Of a DNA stretch of 32,829 nucleotides, positions 10,250 through 22,989 are shown in pieces. The first letter of the stretch is position 1. Every line of letters starts with the position of its first letter. The translations under genes and the position numbers were made by a program. The notes under the pieces were generated by a model. That model saw only the letters and a list, made by a program, of their open reading frames with translations. It did no database searches and had not been told where the DNA came from. The stretch is from positions 4,898,001-4,930,829 of the forward strand of contig CM030336.1 in the NCBI GenBank assembly GCA_017654855.1. Reading direction: 5' to 3'. This DNA is from Podospora anserina. Lineage: Eukaryota.

Positions 10250-13200
10250 TATATATTTTTTAACTTAAAAAACTTTTTTACTTTATTTAGCGTATAAGAA
10301 ACTTATAATAGTACCCTATTTAGTATTTTTAAAAAGTAATAAATATTATTTAATTCGACCTTCCTTACTCTAAAAGGGCCGTCCTAGCAGTATTATAGCT
10401 TCCTTACTATACTTATATCTAACTTTTTATTTATTTTATATATTAATATTAAGTCCCCCCTTTTAATTATACTATTCTTAAGCCTAATACTATAAATCCC
10501 TTTTCTATTCTTTTTTACTATAACTTTCTATCTTACTATATTAACCCTCTTAGTTATTAAAATTAAATTTATTTCTTAGGATTTTAATAATCTTACCCTT
10601 ACCTTTATTAAATCTATAATCGCTTTTTCCTTCTAATATCTCCCTAATCTATCGAAACTAATTTTTTCCTATTAAACGACTTTCTATAATAGTATATCCT
10701 TTTCGATCGGTATAATAAGGTTAAACCTATATATTAAATAAAAAACACTATACTTATAAATACCTTATATCGTAATTTTATTAATAAATAATATATAAAG
10801 GAGCTACTACTTTTACTTTTTCCCCGTCCTATCCGTTATTTTTATTAATATTAATATAATTAGGATATAATTAAACTCCGTTACTCTATTTACTTTTACG
10901 TTATAAAGTAAAACTATTACTCGAAAAACTTTTAGTTTCTTTAAAATCTTAATAGCTTCCTTTTTAAATTCTAATCCGCCGTCCACTATTACGATTAAAG
11001 GGTAACCCTATTTAAAGATAATATTGTATAAAATAAAGTTTTTAACCCTAAAAGCCTTACTTAAACTTAAGACCTTCGCTTTTAAATACTTAATTAAGTT
11101 ATTCCTCGCTTTTAAAAAATAAATTTTTTTTCCCGAAACTATTAGTAAAAACTAAACGTTTAAATATTATTTCGTAAATAGGGTAGTTAAAGGCTTAATA
11201 TATAAATACTAATCTTTTTAACGTTTCGGGCTTTATTATTAATATTATTTATATATTTTAATCTAAACTTCGACGTTAACGTATATACCTTTCTAATAAT
11301 AGTTTTTTACTATTCGGGTATAGGTAGCTTCCTATCCTTTATAACCTATCTCGTTATAATATATATTAAAGATTCTTTCTCGCTCGATTAGAGGGTTAAT
11401 AATTTTTTTAAAGGGAAAGCCTCCTTTATTTAATTTAAAAAATAAAATTTTATTTTTAAGAATTATTTTTAGGGCGTCGTTCTTAATAGTCTAAACGTTA
11501 AACCTTATTTTAGCCTTTAGCTCCGTACTAATCGCGAGGAACTCGGCGATAGTATAAAAGTAAGGAGACTATAGTCTATTTAAGTAGGGGCCTTACTTAA
11601 TAATTTCTTTTTTCTTTTTCCTAATATTTACCCGTTAAATACTTACTTCCTAAATATCGTTCTTCTAGATCCTTACGTTAACTTTATTATTAATATTTAA
11701 TTTTAATTTTTTCTCCCTTAAATTAGAGGGGCTAGGTAGTTTTTTCGATAATACGTTTACTATAAAGTTCTTACTCCTAGGGATATAAATAATTATAAAA
11801 TTAAAAAATCTAATTTATTTTAACTATTTTATTATTAAGGCGCTAAAAACGTTACTAGCCGCCCCCTGGACTTAGTGGACTACTATTTAAGCGTCCGTTT
11901 TTACCGTAAAATATACTCCGAAAAAATACTTTTTAAATCTCTTTAAAATATATAATAATCCTCTTAACTTCCTCTTAATAATATTATACCTTTATTTAGT
12001 CGGGCTTTAAATATTATTCTTAAACCAATAAGGGTACCGTTTTTTATTAAGTTTTACTTATTTTATTACCGTTCCTTACCCCGTTAAGTTTATATTAAAA
12101 ATAATAAAAATTTTACCGAAACGATTATTATTAAACGTTAAAAAAACTAAATACGGTACTTCTATAATTAAAAAGGTAAATTACTTTATTATACTTTATT
12201 AAACTTCTATTTATTTTTATTTCGTATCCTTCTTTATTAAGAAATATAGCGGAATTGCGATTAAATTAAAGAAAGGTATCTATAGCCGATAGTAACCGGT
12301 GATCTTTAGGAAGGTACGAATATCCTTAAAACTATAGTAAATTCGTTATTTCTTTATTTTTATTATTTTTATTTAATTAGGGAAGCGTTTATCCGGTATA
12401 TAAAAATAGTTAAGGATAATAATTTTCCGTTTATATTAAAGGGATTTTACGGCTATAATTATAGTTCCTATAAGTTTATAATTAAATAAAATTATATCGA
12501 TATTCTTTAAGTACTTTAAAACTTATTTTTTAACTTTTAGTTTTTCTTTTTTACTATTATAGTTTTACTTTAGTCCTTTTACTATAATATCGTTTAGGTA
12601 TAGCCGATATACTTATAAGATAAGATTTTAAAAGACTTTAATTACGGCTTTTTAGAATTAAGCTATTAAGTTAGTAGTTCCTTAAAGTAAAGTATATATT
12701 TTAAATAGGTTAATAAGTATCGCGAAAGTAATAAAGTTTCGGTTTATTAAAATTAATTTAATTTAATTATATTCGGAAAAGAAATTAAATAAGGAAATAA
12801 TAAAATATTTTATAAAATCCTTACTAAACTCCTTAATACTTAATAAAATAAAGGTATTTCGTTATATAACTTTATTATATTTTTAAATATTATTAATTAA
12901 ACGGAAATTACTATCCTTTTTTTTTATTAGGAATTAATTATTATAATAGGGACTATATATTTCTTTAATAATATTTTTTTTAATTCGTTCCTTAAAGAGA
13001 TTAATAACTTTCTTTATAAATAGTTTTGGGATCGAAATAAACTTACTTTACTATATTTTATAAGGGATAATCCTAATATATTAAGTAAAGAAAATTTTTT
13101 TAAAGATTTATTTATATTTAATAAAGTCCTATACTAATATAACCTCCCTTACGAATAAAATTATTATAAATATTTTAACTTTTTAATTTATTAAAATATT

Positions 13201-14560
13201 AGTAATTTATTTAATTAAATTAGTTAAACGTTTTAAAGTAAAGTATAACCCTTTAATTATTTTAAAAAACTTAAAGATTATAATATTATTAAATTTTAAA
13301 TTGTATTATAGGGATTCCTTAATTACCGCCCATTTCTTTATTTTTTAATTCGGATTTCCTTTAAAAATATTATTATTTAACCTAATATTATTAATTAGCT
13401 TTACTTTTTTATTTACCCTTTTATATATTGTAATAATAATAATAATATCCGTAAACGTTAGTTAAGCTTATTTAAAAGTAATAATTAAACTAATCTTTAT
13501 ATTATTTTTCTTTTTAAAAAGGAGCGGAGGTAGATAACATTTATATAGTTATATAGTAAAAAAGCTACGCTAATCTAGTTAAGTGAAGGACTAATTAAAT
13601 ATCTTTAAGTATAAGGATATTATATCGGGCTTAAATAGGGTTATCCTATTAGTCCTTTAATTAGATAGCGGTAATATCTTTAGTAATAATAGTGACGGTA
13701 CTAAATATAAATTTATTATAAAGGTCGGTGGTAGCGGTCGTTCTTTCTTTAAAATTTCGTCCGAAATTAAAGTTTTTATCGTAATTTTTATTTTTTTAAA
13801 TTAAAATAAAGACTTCTCTTTTTAACAATCCTTTATACCTCCTTTCTTTCCTTCCCTCTAATTATTAATATTTTTTCCTCCCTTACTCCTAATATCCTCC
13901 TTTTCTTTATTTTTATAAAAAATAATATTAAACGTTAAATAATAATTTAATAATAATAAACTTAATTTCCCTAAAATAAAATTAAGTAAAGAACGTTTAA
14001 CTCCTTTATTTAATTTCCTAATTATTTTATTCCTTTCCTCTAGCTCCTTCATTACCTATTTAGGGATAGGTACTCCTTTATTAATTAATCCTTTAAATAC
14101 TTATAAAAGTTAATTAGTAAGAGAAGTATTACTTCGATCTTTACTATTATATTTTACTTTTATTTTATTAATTACTTCCTTTTTTACTATATAGGCTTTA
14201 ATTAATTTTCCCCTATATAATATATTTGCGTTAATTATATAGCTCTTTATAAAATTAAAGGTAAGGTTTGTATTCGTAAAGAACGGGATACTTAATAGTA
14301 GGTTATAGAAACCTAAAGCCTTAATATTATTAATAATAAAGAAATAATATAAAATTAAAACCCTAATTAATATTACTAAAGCTTAAGTTTTATTTATAAA
14401 CGTAATTAGATTTCTATAAAGGTTTTTAAATTATAAGTTTGTTAATATTATTAATAAATAAAACCTTTTAATTATAGTTTTATTAATTAAATTATATTCC
14501 GAGCTTATATTTAATATTATTAATATTTTTTTTAAAGTTAGTAAAATAAAGTTATAATAT
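10250..14560 (-). pseudogene. Gypsy pol relic (protease, reverse transcriptase, RNase H, integrase); boundaries approximate
   Basis: RIP-altered motifs on the - strand: ILNISSEYNLI (~14500, LDTGSE), LL*GTTN and YLNDIIVKG (~12700-12580, LPQG..NS / YLDD), YFFGVYFTVKTDA (~11900, RNase H), VIVDGGLEFK (~10980, integrase D), and KL..*DGPFRV (~10380, GPF motif). Confidence 0.88.
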
Positions 14561-17200
14561 AGTAATAGGACGTTATAGGTTCGAGTAACGGTTTTTAAGA
14601 GAGTTCGTTTATTACTAGAAAGCCGGTTAATGGGTATAAATAGTAAAGTCCGTAATCGCTTTTTTAAACTATTACCCGGTTAAACCTTACTTTTAATAAT
14701 CTTTTTTTAAATACTTCCCTCGACTATATTATACTTATTATCCGCCGTAATCCCGTATAAAGTAAGGATAGTTTTCCTTTAATTAAATAGAGGAGTTTTA
14801 TTATATTTAGCCGTTTAAAAATTCGTCCGAACCGTTAACGGTAAGGCTTCCCCCTTTTATAGAACTTTTTTTTTTTTATCCGGGGTACTTTTAAAAGATT
14901 TATATTATTCGATTACTTTAATATTTTTAGTTATACTCTTTATATAATTTATTAATTAGTAAATAAATATAAGTAAAACTTTATAATACTTTTTTAATAT
15001 AAATTTAGTTTAATTATAAATATATTTTTTAATTTTTTCGGTAATATAATTCTTAAAGTCCTTTACTTTATTATTAAGTAATTTTAAGTTACTCCGGACT
15101 TTATTCCCCTAATCGGACGAAACTCCTTCCTTAATTACTTTTAATTTTTTTTATGCGGAAGTAAATATTACTTTCGGATTTTCGGTTAAGGTTAGGTTAT
15201 TTATATCCTTTTTCGGTAAATCCTCGATCTTTACTTTTTTTATTCCTTACGCGTTTACCTTTACTTTTACCTTTTAATTATAAATAATTATTAGGATATT
15301 ATTAAAGCGCTTTAAAATACTTTTAGGTAATTACTTTTCTATTAAGTAACGTTATAAAGTATTTTTAATAATATAATTATTAATTAAATTTTTATTAAAC
15401 GGTACGTAAGGTTTAAAGTACTTATAAAGTTTATTTAATTTAATATTTATAACTTTAATTATTTAAATAACTATTTACTTTTTTTTTTTAATTAAAGAAA
15501 TTTCGGGCCTATATCCCTTACCTTTATAAATTTTTTAATATTTAATTTATTTCGTATAAGCTTTATAGGTTTTATTTAATTTTAATTTTAACGAAATTAT
15601 AGTACGAATTAAATTACTAACCTTCCTTTTACGTTACGCTTTCTTTATATCTTTTTAATTAAATTACGCTTTTTTATTTTCTAGCTACTCTTTCTTATCG
15701 ATATATACTTTACTTCCTTTAATATAGTATAGTCCTTACGCTTTATTATATTTTTTTTTTAAATACTTTATCGACTTAACGTAATAATTAGTTTTACCGT
15801 ACTAAAAATACTTTTTTAGTAGGGGAGGGCTATCGCGGTACTACCCTTTTAATTTTCCGAATTAAGTTTTAATATTAATAATAAAGAAAGTATTAAAAAA
15901 TAAATCTATTTCCCTATTAAGGCCAATACTAAAATCTAGGGAATAAGGTACTTAGTTTTTTAAATATTAAACGCGGATCTTTATTATCTTAAATTTACCG
16001 TTTCCCGGTATAAAAAAACTATTATAAATATTCGCCTTTAAATACTATAGTACTATCTCTTTATTTACTATAGCGTTAACCGCTATATACTAATCGAGTA
16101 CCTCGGTTACCTAATTAAAGGTAGTAAAGAAAGGTATAATAATTAATTTATTTTCTTTATAAATTCTTTTTTTTATATTATATTTATTTTCGATTATATT
16201 ATTAATTTAATTACTTTAAATAATAAAATTTATAAATCTTAAACGATGTTTAAATTCTTTTCGGTTAATAAAGGTTATCTTTATTAATTTAGAAAATTTT
16301 ATTTAAAAGTAATTAATAATCTTAACTTTTATTATTTTTTTCTCCCCGGTCGGTACTTAAAAAAATAGTTTAAAATAATTAAAAATAACTTTCTTTAACT
16401 CGCCTATACCTTTAAAAATAATTTTAGTATAAAAGTTATTTAATTCCTTATAAATATCTTTATTTTATCGGGGGTTATAGATTTTAAAGAGGTATTTAAG
16501 GCGGATAACTAAAATAAGTTAAATATTAATAAGTATAAATAGATTTATATATTCGTTAATTTATTTTTTTATATTAAAGTTATATTAAAATTTAAATTTA
16601 TAAACGCGAAAAGTAAATTCTATAATATAATACTCTTTATAAGTATTTTTAAAACGTTTTAAATATTCCGTAAAATACTTTCCTTTAAAATTATTTTTAA
16701 AACTAATTTTCTTTAAATTAAGGAATTTACGTTAAAGAAAATATATAGGTACTATAGAATAGGGAGTTAAATAATTAAATATAGGGGACCTTTAAAAGTA
16801 ATAATAATCGGGATAAACTCTTATAGGATATAGGTATTTAGGTTACTAAAATTAATATACGAACTTAAAAAGAGGAGCGGGATATCCGGTATACCGAGTG
16901 GAAGGCGCAGTATAATTCTAAGTAGCAGGATTTAGGTGGGTACGAGGTCCACTTAGTACGTTAGGAGCGTTAGGCCTTATAGTCGGGCTACTTTAATTAA
17001 AAAGGGGGCGAGGGGTCTTAGTATTTTTAAGGTAAGCGCGGTTTATAGTTGGGGAAAGGATAAATAGTAATAATTCCGGGGACCTAGCCGCCGGAATAGC
17101 TATTTTTATTACGGAACGAGCCGTAGGAGTTTAATACCCCTGGTTATTACCGGGAAGGCTAGTTAAAGCGATGGGTAGGATATTATTAAATATATCGATA
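14560..17200 (-). pseudogene. Gypsy gag region relic; boundaries approximate
   Basis: Lies between the 5' LTR and protease. It contains long codon-like stretches on the - strand, Pro-rich near 17200-16900. No diagnostic motif was confidently read. Confidence 0.5.
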
Positions 17201-17773
17201 TTCGATAATTACTATTATGTTTACGTTAATAATATAGTTTTTTCCTTATATATATTATTAAAAATATAAAAACGGTTATTCTTTATAACTTTAGTATATA
17301 AATATAAATTATATTTATTTAAATTAAAAGGAAAGTATTTACGTTTTTTTGCTTTTAGGTTCCTAATATTTTAAATTAAATTAATTTAAAAATCCTTACG
17401 ATTATTTATTATCGCTAAATAATATATTAGGAGGATTCTTTTTAATTAAAGATAAAAAAGGATTTTAATAATTAACGCGGAGATAAGGTTTATTAACGAA
17501 TTAGTTTTAATTAATATTTTTAATTTATTTTCTAGTTTTATCCGGACTATATACTTAACTCTCTACTCGCGGGTAAAAAATTTAAAGTTTAGTCGATAAT
17601 AAAAAAGTTTTATCCGATTAAACGGAGAAAAATCGTTTTTATTAAACCTCGCGGGGTTTAATAAAGTTATTGGTATTTATTATTATTCGTGGCTTCGCAC
17701 TTCCTTTAGTACCTAGGACTTATAAGTTTAGTTTGGACCTTAAGCTTTACTTAACCCAGGCACGACCTCTATT

Positions 17774-18137
17774 TAAAATGGTAAGAAAATATATAAAATA
17801 ACTATAACACTATAAATATACCTTTAATAGGTCTCAGAATGAATATACTTGCGTGATAGTGACTCGCTCGCAGGCCGCACTTTACGTAGGATAAAGAAAA
17901 GACACTATAGGCTCGCAGGCCATATAATAAGCACCGGATTGGCCTGATTAGAGGGCCAGAATTGCCTGCACGCGTGTAAGGCACAAAAATACGAAGAAAA
18001 GAATAAAAGTCGATGATCTGTTTAAAATAGAATGTCCGAAGTAAACCGCTTATATATATGACCCCTGAACCCCTGAGTCCTCTGAGAGCCCCGCTTCCTT
18101 ACTTATACTCTCAGGCCTGTGGCCGCACCCCAAACCA
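17774..18137 (-). repeat. Gypsy 5' LTR
   Basis: Direct repeat of 6267-6630. It ends ...aaacCA on +, immediately before the ATAC duplication. Confidence 0.93.
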
Positions 18138-18283
18138 ATACGAAGTACGGATAGTAAGGACGAAAGCTATTTTAAATATTTATTTAAAAATTAATTAGTT
18201 TATACGATTAAAAGTTTATTAAAAAAGGATTTTAATTAAAATTAAATTTATACCTCTAAAAACTTTAAAGCCGTATATATTAT

Positions 18284-18915
18284 TGTTAGATGGTAAGCCC
18301 TGATAGGCCTATAATATAGAACCTATACAGGGTTGCTGTAAAATACAGCAGTGCGTAAGCGGAAGCGGGAGGATACGACGGCAGTGCCGAAGAAAGGTAA
18401 AGCACTGTAATACAGTGAGGTATAAAAAATAAGAATTGCCTTTATTACCCTTGGCCTTAGCCTTTGGCCTTAGCCTTAAGCTTTTGCCCTTGAGGAAAGA
18501 AAGAAAACTATTCTACAGGAGAGAGGAGAGGTCTATATATAGGCCTTCGTAAGCTTACTGTGGGTCCTGTAGGCCCTGGAAGCCCCTATACCACTTTGGG
18601 GTATTTAGTGGGCTTAGGTGGGTCTAGTGTAGACTCACGGAAATCCATAGAACCTTCGGCAGCAGAGGTGCCCTGTAAATCATACTATTATAGCGACTTA
18701 CTACGTAAGCCTGTAGCTACTTTAAAAGGTTTTAGTATCTATTAACTAAGCCTTAGGCCACAGTAGCCCTGTAAGCCTTTAAGGGTCCCTTGTAAAGAAT
18801 ATTCTAAAGGGATCCAAGCCGGGAAGTTCCATTATTGCTTATAGTAGTACTGCCCACTGTAATATCAATCTATAGGGCAGTAAGTAGGGTACTTAATAGT
18901 ACCCACACATTAACA
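18284..18915 (-). repeat. Copia 3' LTR (632 bp)
   Basis: TGTTA...TAACA inverted termini. It begins exactly where homology to copy 2 stops, and is adjacent to the PPT. The partner LTR is not in the window. Confidence 0.8.
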
Positions 18916-21102
18916 CCCCTTCTGTGGGAGTGCTAGGTGCCCACTTACTAAGCCGTAGGGCCCTTATAAGTACTAGGCTTCCGGTAGTTCATTAGCTCTA
19001 AAAAGCGCTGGAACTTAGGTGCTGGTAGGGCCTTTATTAGGCCGTCGGCTGCTATATCCTCTGTAGGTACGAAGGATATAGTGATATTTCCTTCTGTAAC
19101 GCTTTCCCTAACGCCCTGGAATTTAAGGAGCGTGTGCTTGGTACGGTTATGGTACTTCGGGTTGTGGGCTGTCTCTATAGCACCTTAGTTATCGCACCTT
19201 AAGGGGGTAGGGTTCTTTAGAGAGCGCTAAATTTCACTGTATAGCCCTCTAAGCCACAGGGCTTCCCGGTTACCTTCTATTAAGGCCGTATATTCGGCCT
19301 CGAGGGTGCTGTAGGCAACCGTAGGCGCTCGTTTAGATTTCTAGCTTACAGGGCCACCTCCCTCTAAAAATAAGTAGCCGTAAGTAGACCGAGCAGTGGT
19401 TTTACAGCCAGCGAAATCGCTATCGGTATAGCCTATAGGCTTAATACTACCCGTACGTCCTAACTGTATAGCTAGGTCCATCGTGCTATATAGGTAGCTT
19501 AGCAGCTTTTTAGCTGCTTTTAGGTGGGCTACTTTAGGTGCTTGTAGGTGCCGTAAAAGCCACTGAACGGAGTGGGCAATATCGGCCCGAGTTTGGGTCA
19601 TCGGGTAGGTAGTAGTGCCTAGTAGGCTCTAATATAGCTTAGTATCGGCCTTGTTTAGTGGATTAGAGGGAGTTTCGGGGCCTGTAAGGCCTGGAGAGAG
19701 CGGTAAGGCGGGTGCGTAAGTGCTAACTTCGAAGTGCTTGACAGCCTCTTGGATATAGGCCTTTTGGTGGAGCTAAAGTAGCTTTTTACGCCTATTTCTT
19801 TTAATTTGGACCCCGAGAAAGAACTTAGTAGGGCCTAAATCCTCTATATCGTAGGCCTGAGCTAACTATAGCTTTAGGGCCTAAATATCTATAATAGAGG
19901 GTCTAATTAGTAAGCAGTCGTCGACGTGGCTCACTATAAAGATGCCTTTGTGAGGGTTATAGTAGGTAGCCGAATCTGAAACTAATGGACTATAGCTTAG
20001 GGTTTTAGCTAGTGCCGTAACCTTTTGTTGCCACAGGTGGGGGGCCTATTTTAGGCCGTATAGGGACCTTTTTAGTACTATAATTTGGTCCTTCGAAGGG
20101 TCCTAGCAGTGTTGTTTTAAAAGGTCTATAGCGGTTTGGCTACTAAGGCTATATTCGTATAGGCTTTTAGGGACTTCTATATATATATCGGAGTCCACCC
20201 CAGCGTTAAGAAAGGCCCTAACGAAATCGATTTGCTTAATTTCTAGGTCTTCTTTAGCTGCAATAGCTAGTAAAACCCGCTAGGTAGGTAGCGCTATAGT
20301 GGCTGCAAAGGTCTCGGTAAAGTCGGTTCCGGGCCCCTGTTGGAAGCCTCTGACTACTAGCCGGGCCTTAAATTTAGTAATTTAGCCCTGTGAGTCCTTT
20401 TTAGCTTTATAGACCTAAAGGCTAGTAATAGGCTTTTTTGGAGCCTGAGAGCGGTTAATGAAGTAGAAGGTTTTAGAATTTAGTAGCTGCTGTAGTTCAC
20501 TAAAGGAAGCCTGTAGCCACTGGTCCTTTAGTGGGTGCTTCAGGGCCTGTTTAAAGGTCCTAGGTTCTGTGCTAATAGAAGCAGTGCTGTAAGTGATAGC
20601 AGTAGTAGCCTGGTTAATAAAATACTTCACTAGAGCAGTGGTATCTATAGTATCGTTATTTACTACTTCGAATTCCTCCTTCTATAGCTTAGTGGCCTAC
20701 GGAAGTAGTACTTCGATATTAGTAAGCTTTGGAGGTGCTATTGCCGTAAGTATAGGCCTAGGAGGTGCTGTTGCAGTAGGTGCCCCTTTTGTAATTATAG
20801 GGGCTTCCCCTTTTAAAAGCTCGATATCTTCTAGTTTTAAAAGCCTTAGTTACGATATGGAGGCTATAGGTCCTTCTAAATAAGGCCTATAATTTTCGTA
20901 TAGTTTAACGAATAGCGTTTAGATTACTTGCCGGTGGCCTAGCCACACTAAGTAAGTGTTATTGCTTAGTACGGCTAGAAGCTTGCTTTTAGTAGCTTTA
21001 GGCTCTAGCTTCCTTACGGTAATACGTTTTTCAGGCGGTGTAAGTACTAGAACTTCAGCGCCTATAGCCCTGTAAAGTCCGAGGTCCGGGACGTAAGGGG
21101 CC
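18284..21102 (-). mobile_element. Ty1/Copia LTR retrotransposon, 3' half only (post-integrase region, RT, RNase H, 3' LTR), truncated by TLH element copy 2
   Basis: Motifs on the - strand: VPDLGLYRAIG..RKLEPKA (post-integrase SH3-like), EPRTFKQAL, KFKARLVVRGFQQ, SHVDDCL (RT), GYTDSDFAG, RCDN*GAI, RTKH and AADGL.KAL (RNase H). PPT AGAAGGGG abuts the LTR. Confidence 0.92.
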
Positions 21103-21204
21103 TATTAATTATTCTCCGATGGATTATAGTACAATCCGTTAAAAAGCGCACCAAAAAAAAGGCCCCACTTTAGAAACAGGGGGTAGGATCCGTTAAAGAA
21201 TTCA

Positions 21205-22960
21205 GTTATACGATCCGATAGGATTTCTCCCGTTAAAATAAAAAGTAAAGATAGCATTAGAATCGCCTGGACGAGCTGCACAGAATAGTATAAGGTATAT
21301 TATTATACGAGCGGTGTAGAATTGTAAATAAAAGATGTGAAGTTAGGGATAAGTATGCTAATAATGTACGTGGATAGTAAAGTAAGGTTAGGTAATAGAA
21401 GGGTAAGTTATACGATCCGATAGGATTTTTCCCGTTAAAATAAAAAGTAAAGATAGTATTAAAATTACCTAAACGAGTTACATAGAATAGTATAAAGTAT
21501 ATTATTATACGAACGGTATAGAATTATAAATAAAAGATATAAAGTTAAGTATAAGTATATTAGTAATATACGTAGATAGTAAAGTAAGGTTAGGTAATAG
21601 AAAAGTAAGTTATATAATCCGATAGGATTTCTCCCGTCAAAATAAAAAGTAAAGATAGTATTAAAATTACCTAAACGAGTTACATAGAATAGTATAAAAT
21701 ATATTATCGTATAAACGGTATAAAATTATAAATAAAAAATATAAAGTTAAGTATAAGTATATTAGTAATATACGTAAATAGTAAAGTAAAGTTGGGTAAT
21801 GGAAAGGTAAGTTATATAATCCGATAGGATTTCTTTTATTAATATAAAAAGTAAAAACACTATTAAAATTATTTAACCGAGCTATATAGAATAGTATAGG
21901 GTACATTATTATATAAGCGGTATAGAATTATAAATAGTAAATATAAAGTTAGGTATAAGTATATTAGTAATATATATAAATAGTAAAGTAAGGTTGGGTA
22001 ATAAAAAAGTAAGTTATACGATCCGATAGGATTTTTCTTATTAAAATAAAAAGTAAAAATACTATTAAAAATAATTAAATAAGTTATATAGAATAGTATA
22101 AAGTATATTATCGTACGAGCGATATAGAATTATAAATAAAAAATATAAAGTTAGGTATAAGTATACTAGTAATATACGTAGATAGTAAAGTAAGGTTGGG
22201 TAATAGAAAGGTAAGTTATACGATCCGATAAGATTTTTCTTATTAATATAAAAAGTAAAAATACTATTAGAATTATTTAAACGAGTTATATAGAATAGTA
22301 TAAGGTATATTATTATACGAGCGGTATAGAATTATAAATAAAAAATATAAAGTTAGGTATAAATATATTAATAATATACGTAAATAGTAAAGTAAGGTTG
22401 GGTAATAGAAAGGTAAGTTATACGATCCGATAGGATTTCTTTTATTAATATAAAAAGTAAAGATATTATTAGAATTGCCTAAACGAGCTATATAGAATAA
22501 TATAGGGTATATTATTATACGAGTAGTGTAGAATTATAAATAGTAAATATAAAGTTAGGTATAAGTATATTAGTAATATATATAAATAGTAAAGTAAGGT
22601 TAAATAATAAAAAAGTAAGTTATATAATCCAATAGGATTTCTTTTATTAAAATAAAAAGTAAAGATATTATTAAAAATAATTAAACGAGCTATATAAAAT
22701 AATATAAAGTATATTATTATACGAATAATATAGAATTATAAATAAAAAATATAAAATTAGGTATAAGTATATTAGTAATATATATAGATAGTAAAGTAAA
22801 GTTAGGTAATAGAAAAGTAAATTATACGATCCGATAGGATTTTTCTTATTAATATAAAAAGTAAAGATACTATTAGAATTACTTAAACGAGTTATATAAA
22901 ATAGTATAAAGTATATTATTATACGAGCGGTATAGAATTATAAATAAAAAATATAAAATT
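21205..22960 (+). repeat. ~202-bp tandem array (~8.6 units)
   Basis: The ATCCGATAGGATTT anchor recurs at ~21211, 21413, 21616, 21818, 22019, 22221, 22423, 22626 and 22827. Confidence 0.93.
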
Positions 22961-22989
22961 AATTAACTTTTATTATTATACGATTTATT

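Larger units (their letters stand above)
6267..18137 (-). mobile_element. Full-length Ty3/Gypsy LTR retrotransposon (11,871 bp), RIP-inactivated, apparently non-chromoviral
   Basis: Direct 364-bp LTRs and a 4-bp TSD ATAC (6263-6266, 18138-18141). The empty site is visible in copy 2 (ccttATACgagc, ~23475). PPT GAAGGGAGG lies next to the left (3') LTR. Domain order on the - strand is PR-RT-RH-IN. Confidence 0.93.
4133..18283 (+). mobile_element. TLH-type element, copy 1 (left arm only: 4133-6266 + 18142-18283), interrupted by nested LTR elements and cut off by Copia at 18284
   Basis: 4133-4260 is nearly identical to 21109-21240. It has the same ~200-bp array. 5770-6266 plus 18142-18283 aligns contiguously with ~22990-23620 once the Gypsy insertion is removed. 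Confidence 0.85.

Noticed and set aside
17755-17773. tRNA primer-binding site next to the Gypsy 5' LTR
   Set aside because: The - strand T(A/G)GAGGTCGTGCCTGGG is in the right position, but I could not match it to a specific tRNA 3' end or to a self-priming sequence.
18560-20883. ORFs 18560..18745(+) and 20593..20883(+)
   Set aside because: They lie within the Copia LTR or antisense to Copia pol. The - strand ORFs 19341..19601 and 20415..20630 are just stop-free fragments of that pol.
21667-21906. 79-aa ORF in the 202-bp array (also 24617..24823 in the GC repeats and 13858..14052 in pol)
   Set aside because: Chance or fragmentary frames in repeats. The array unit is not a multiple of 3.
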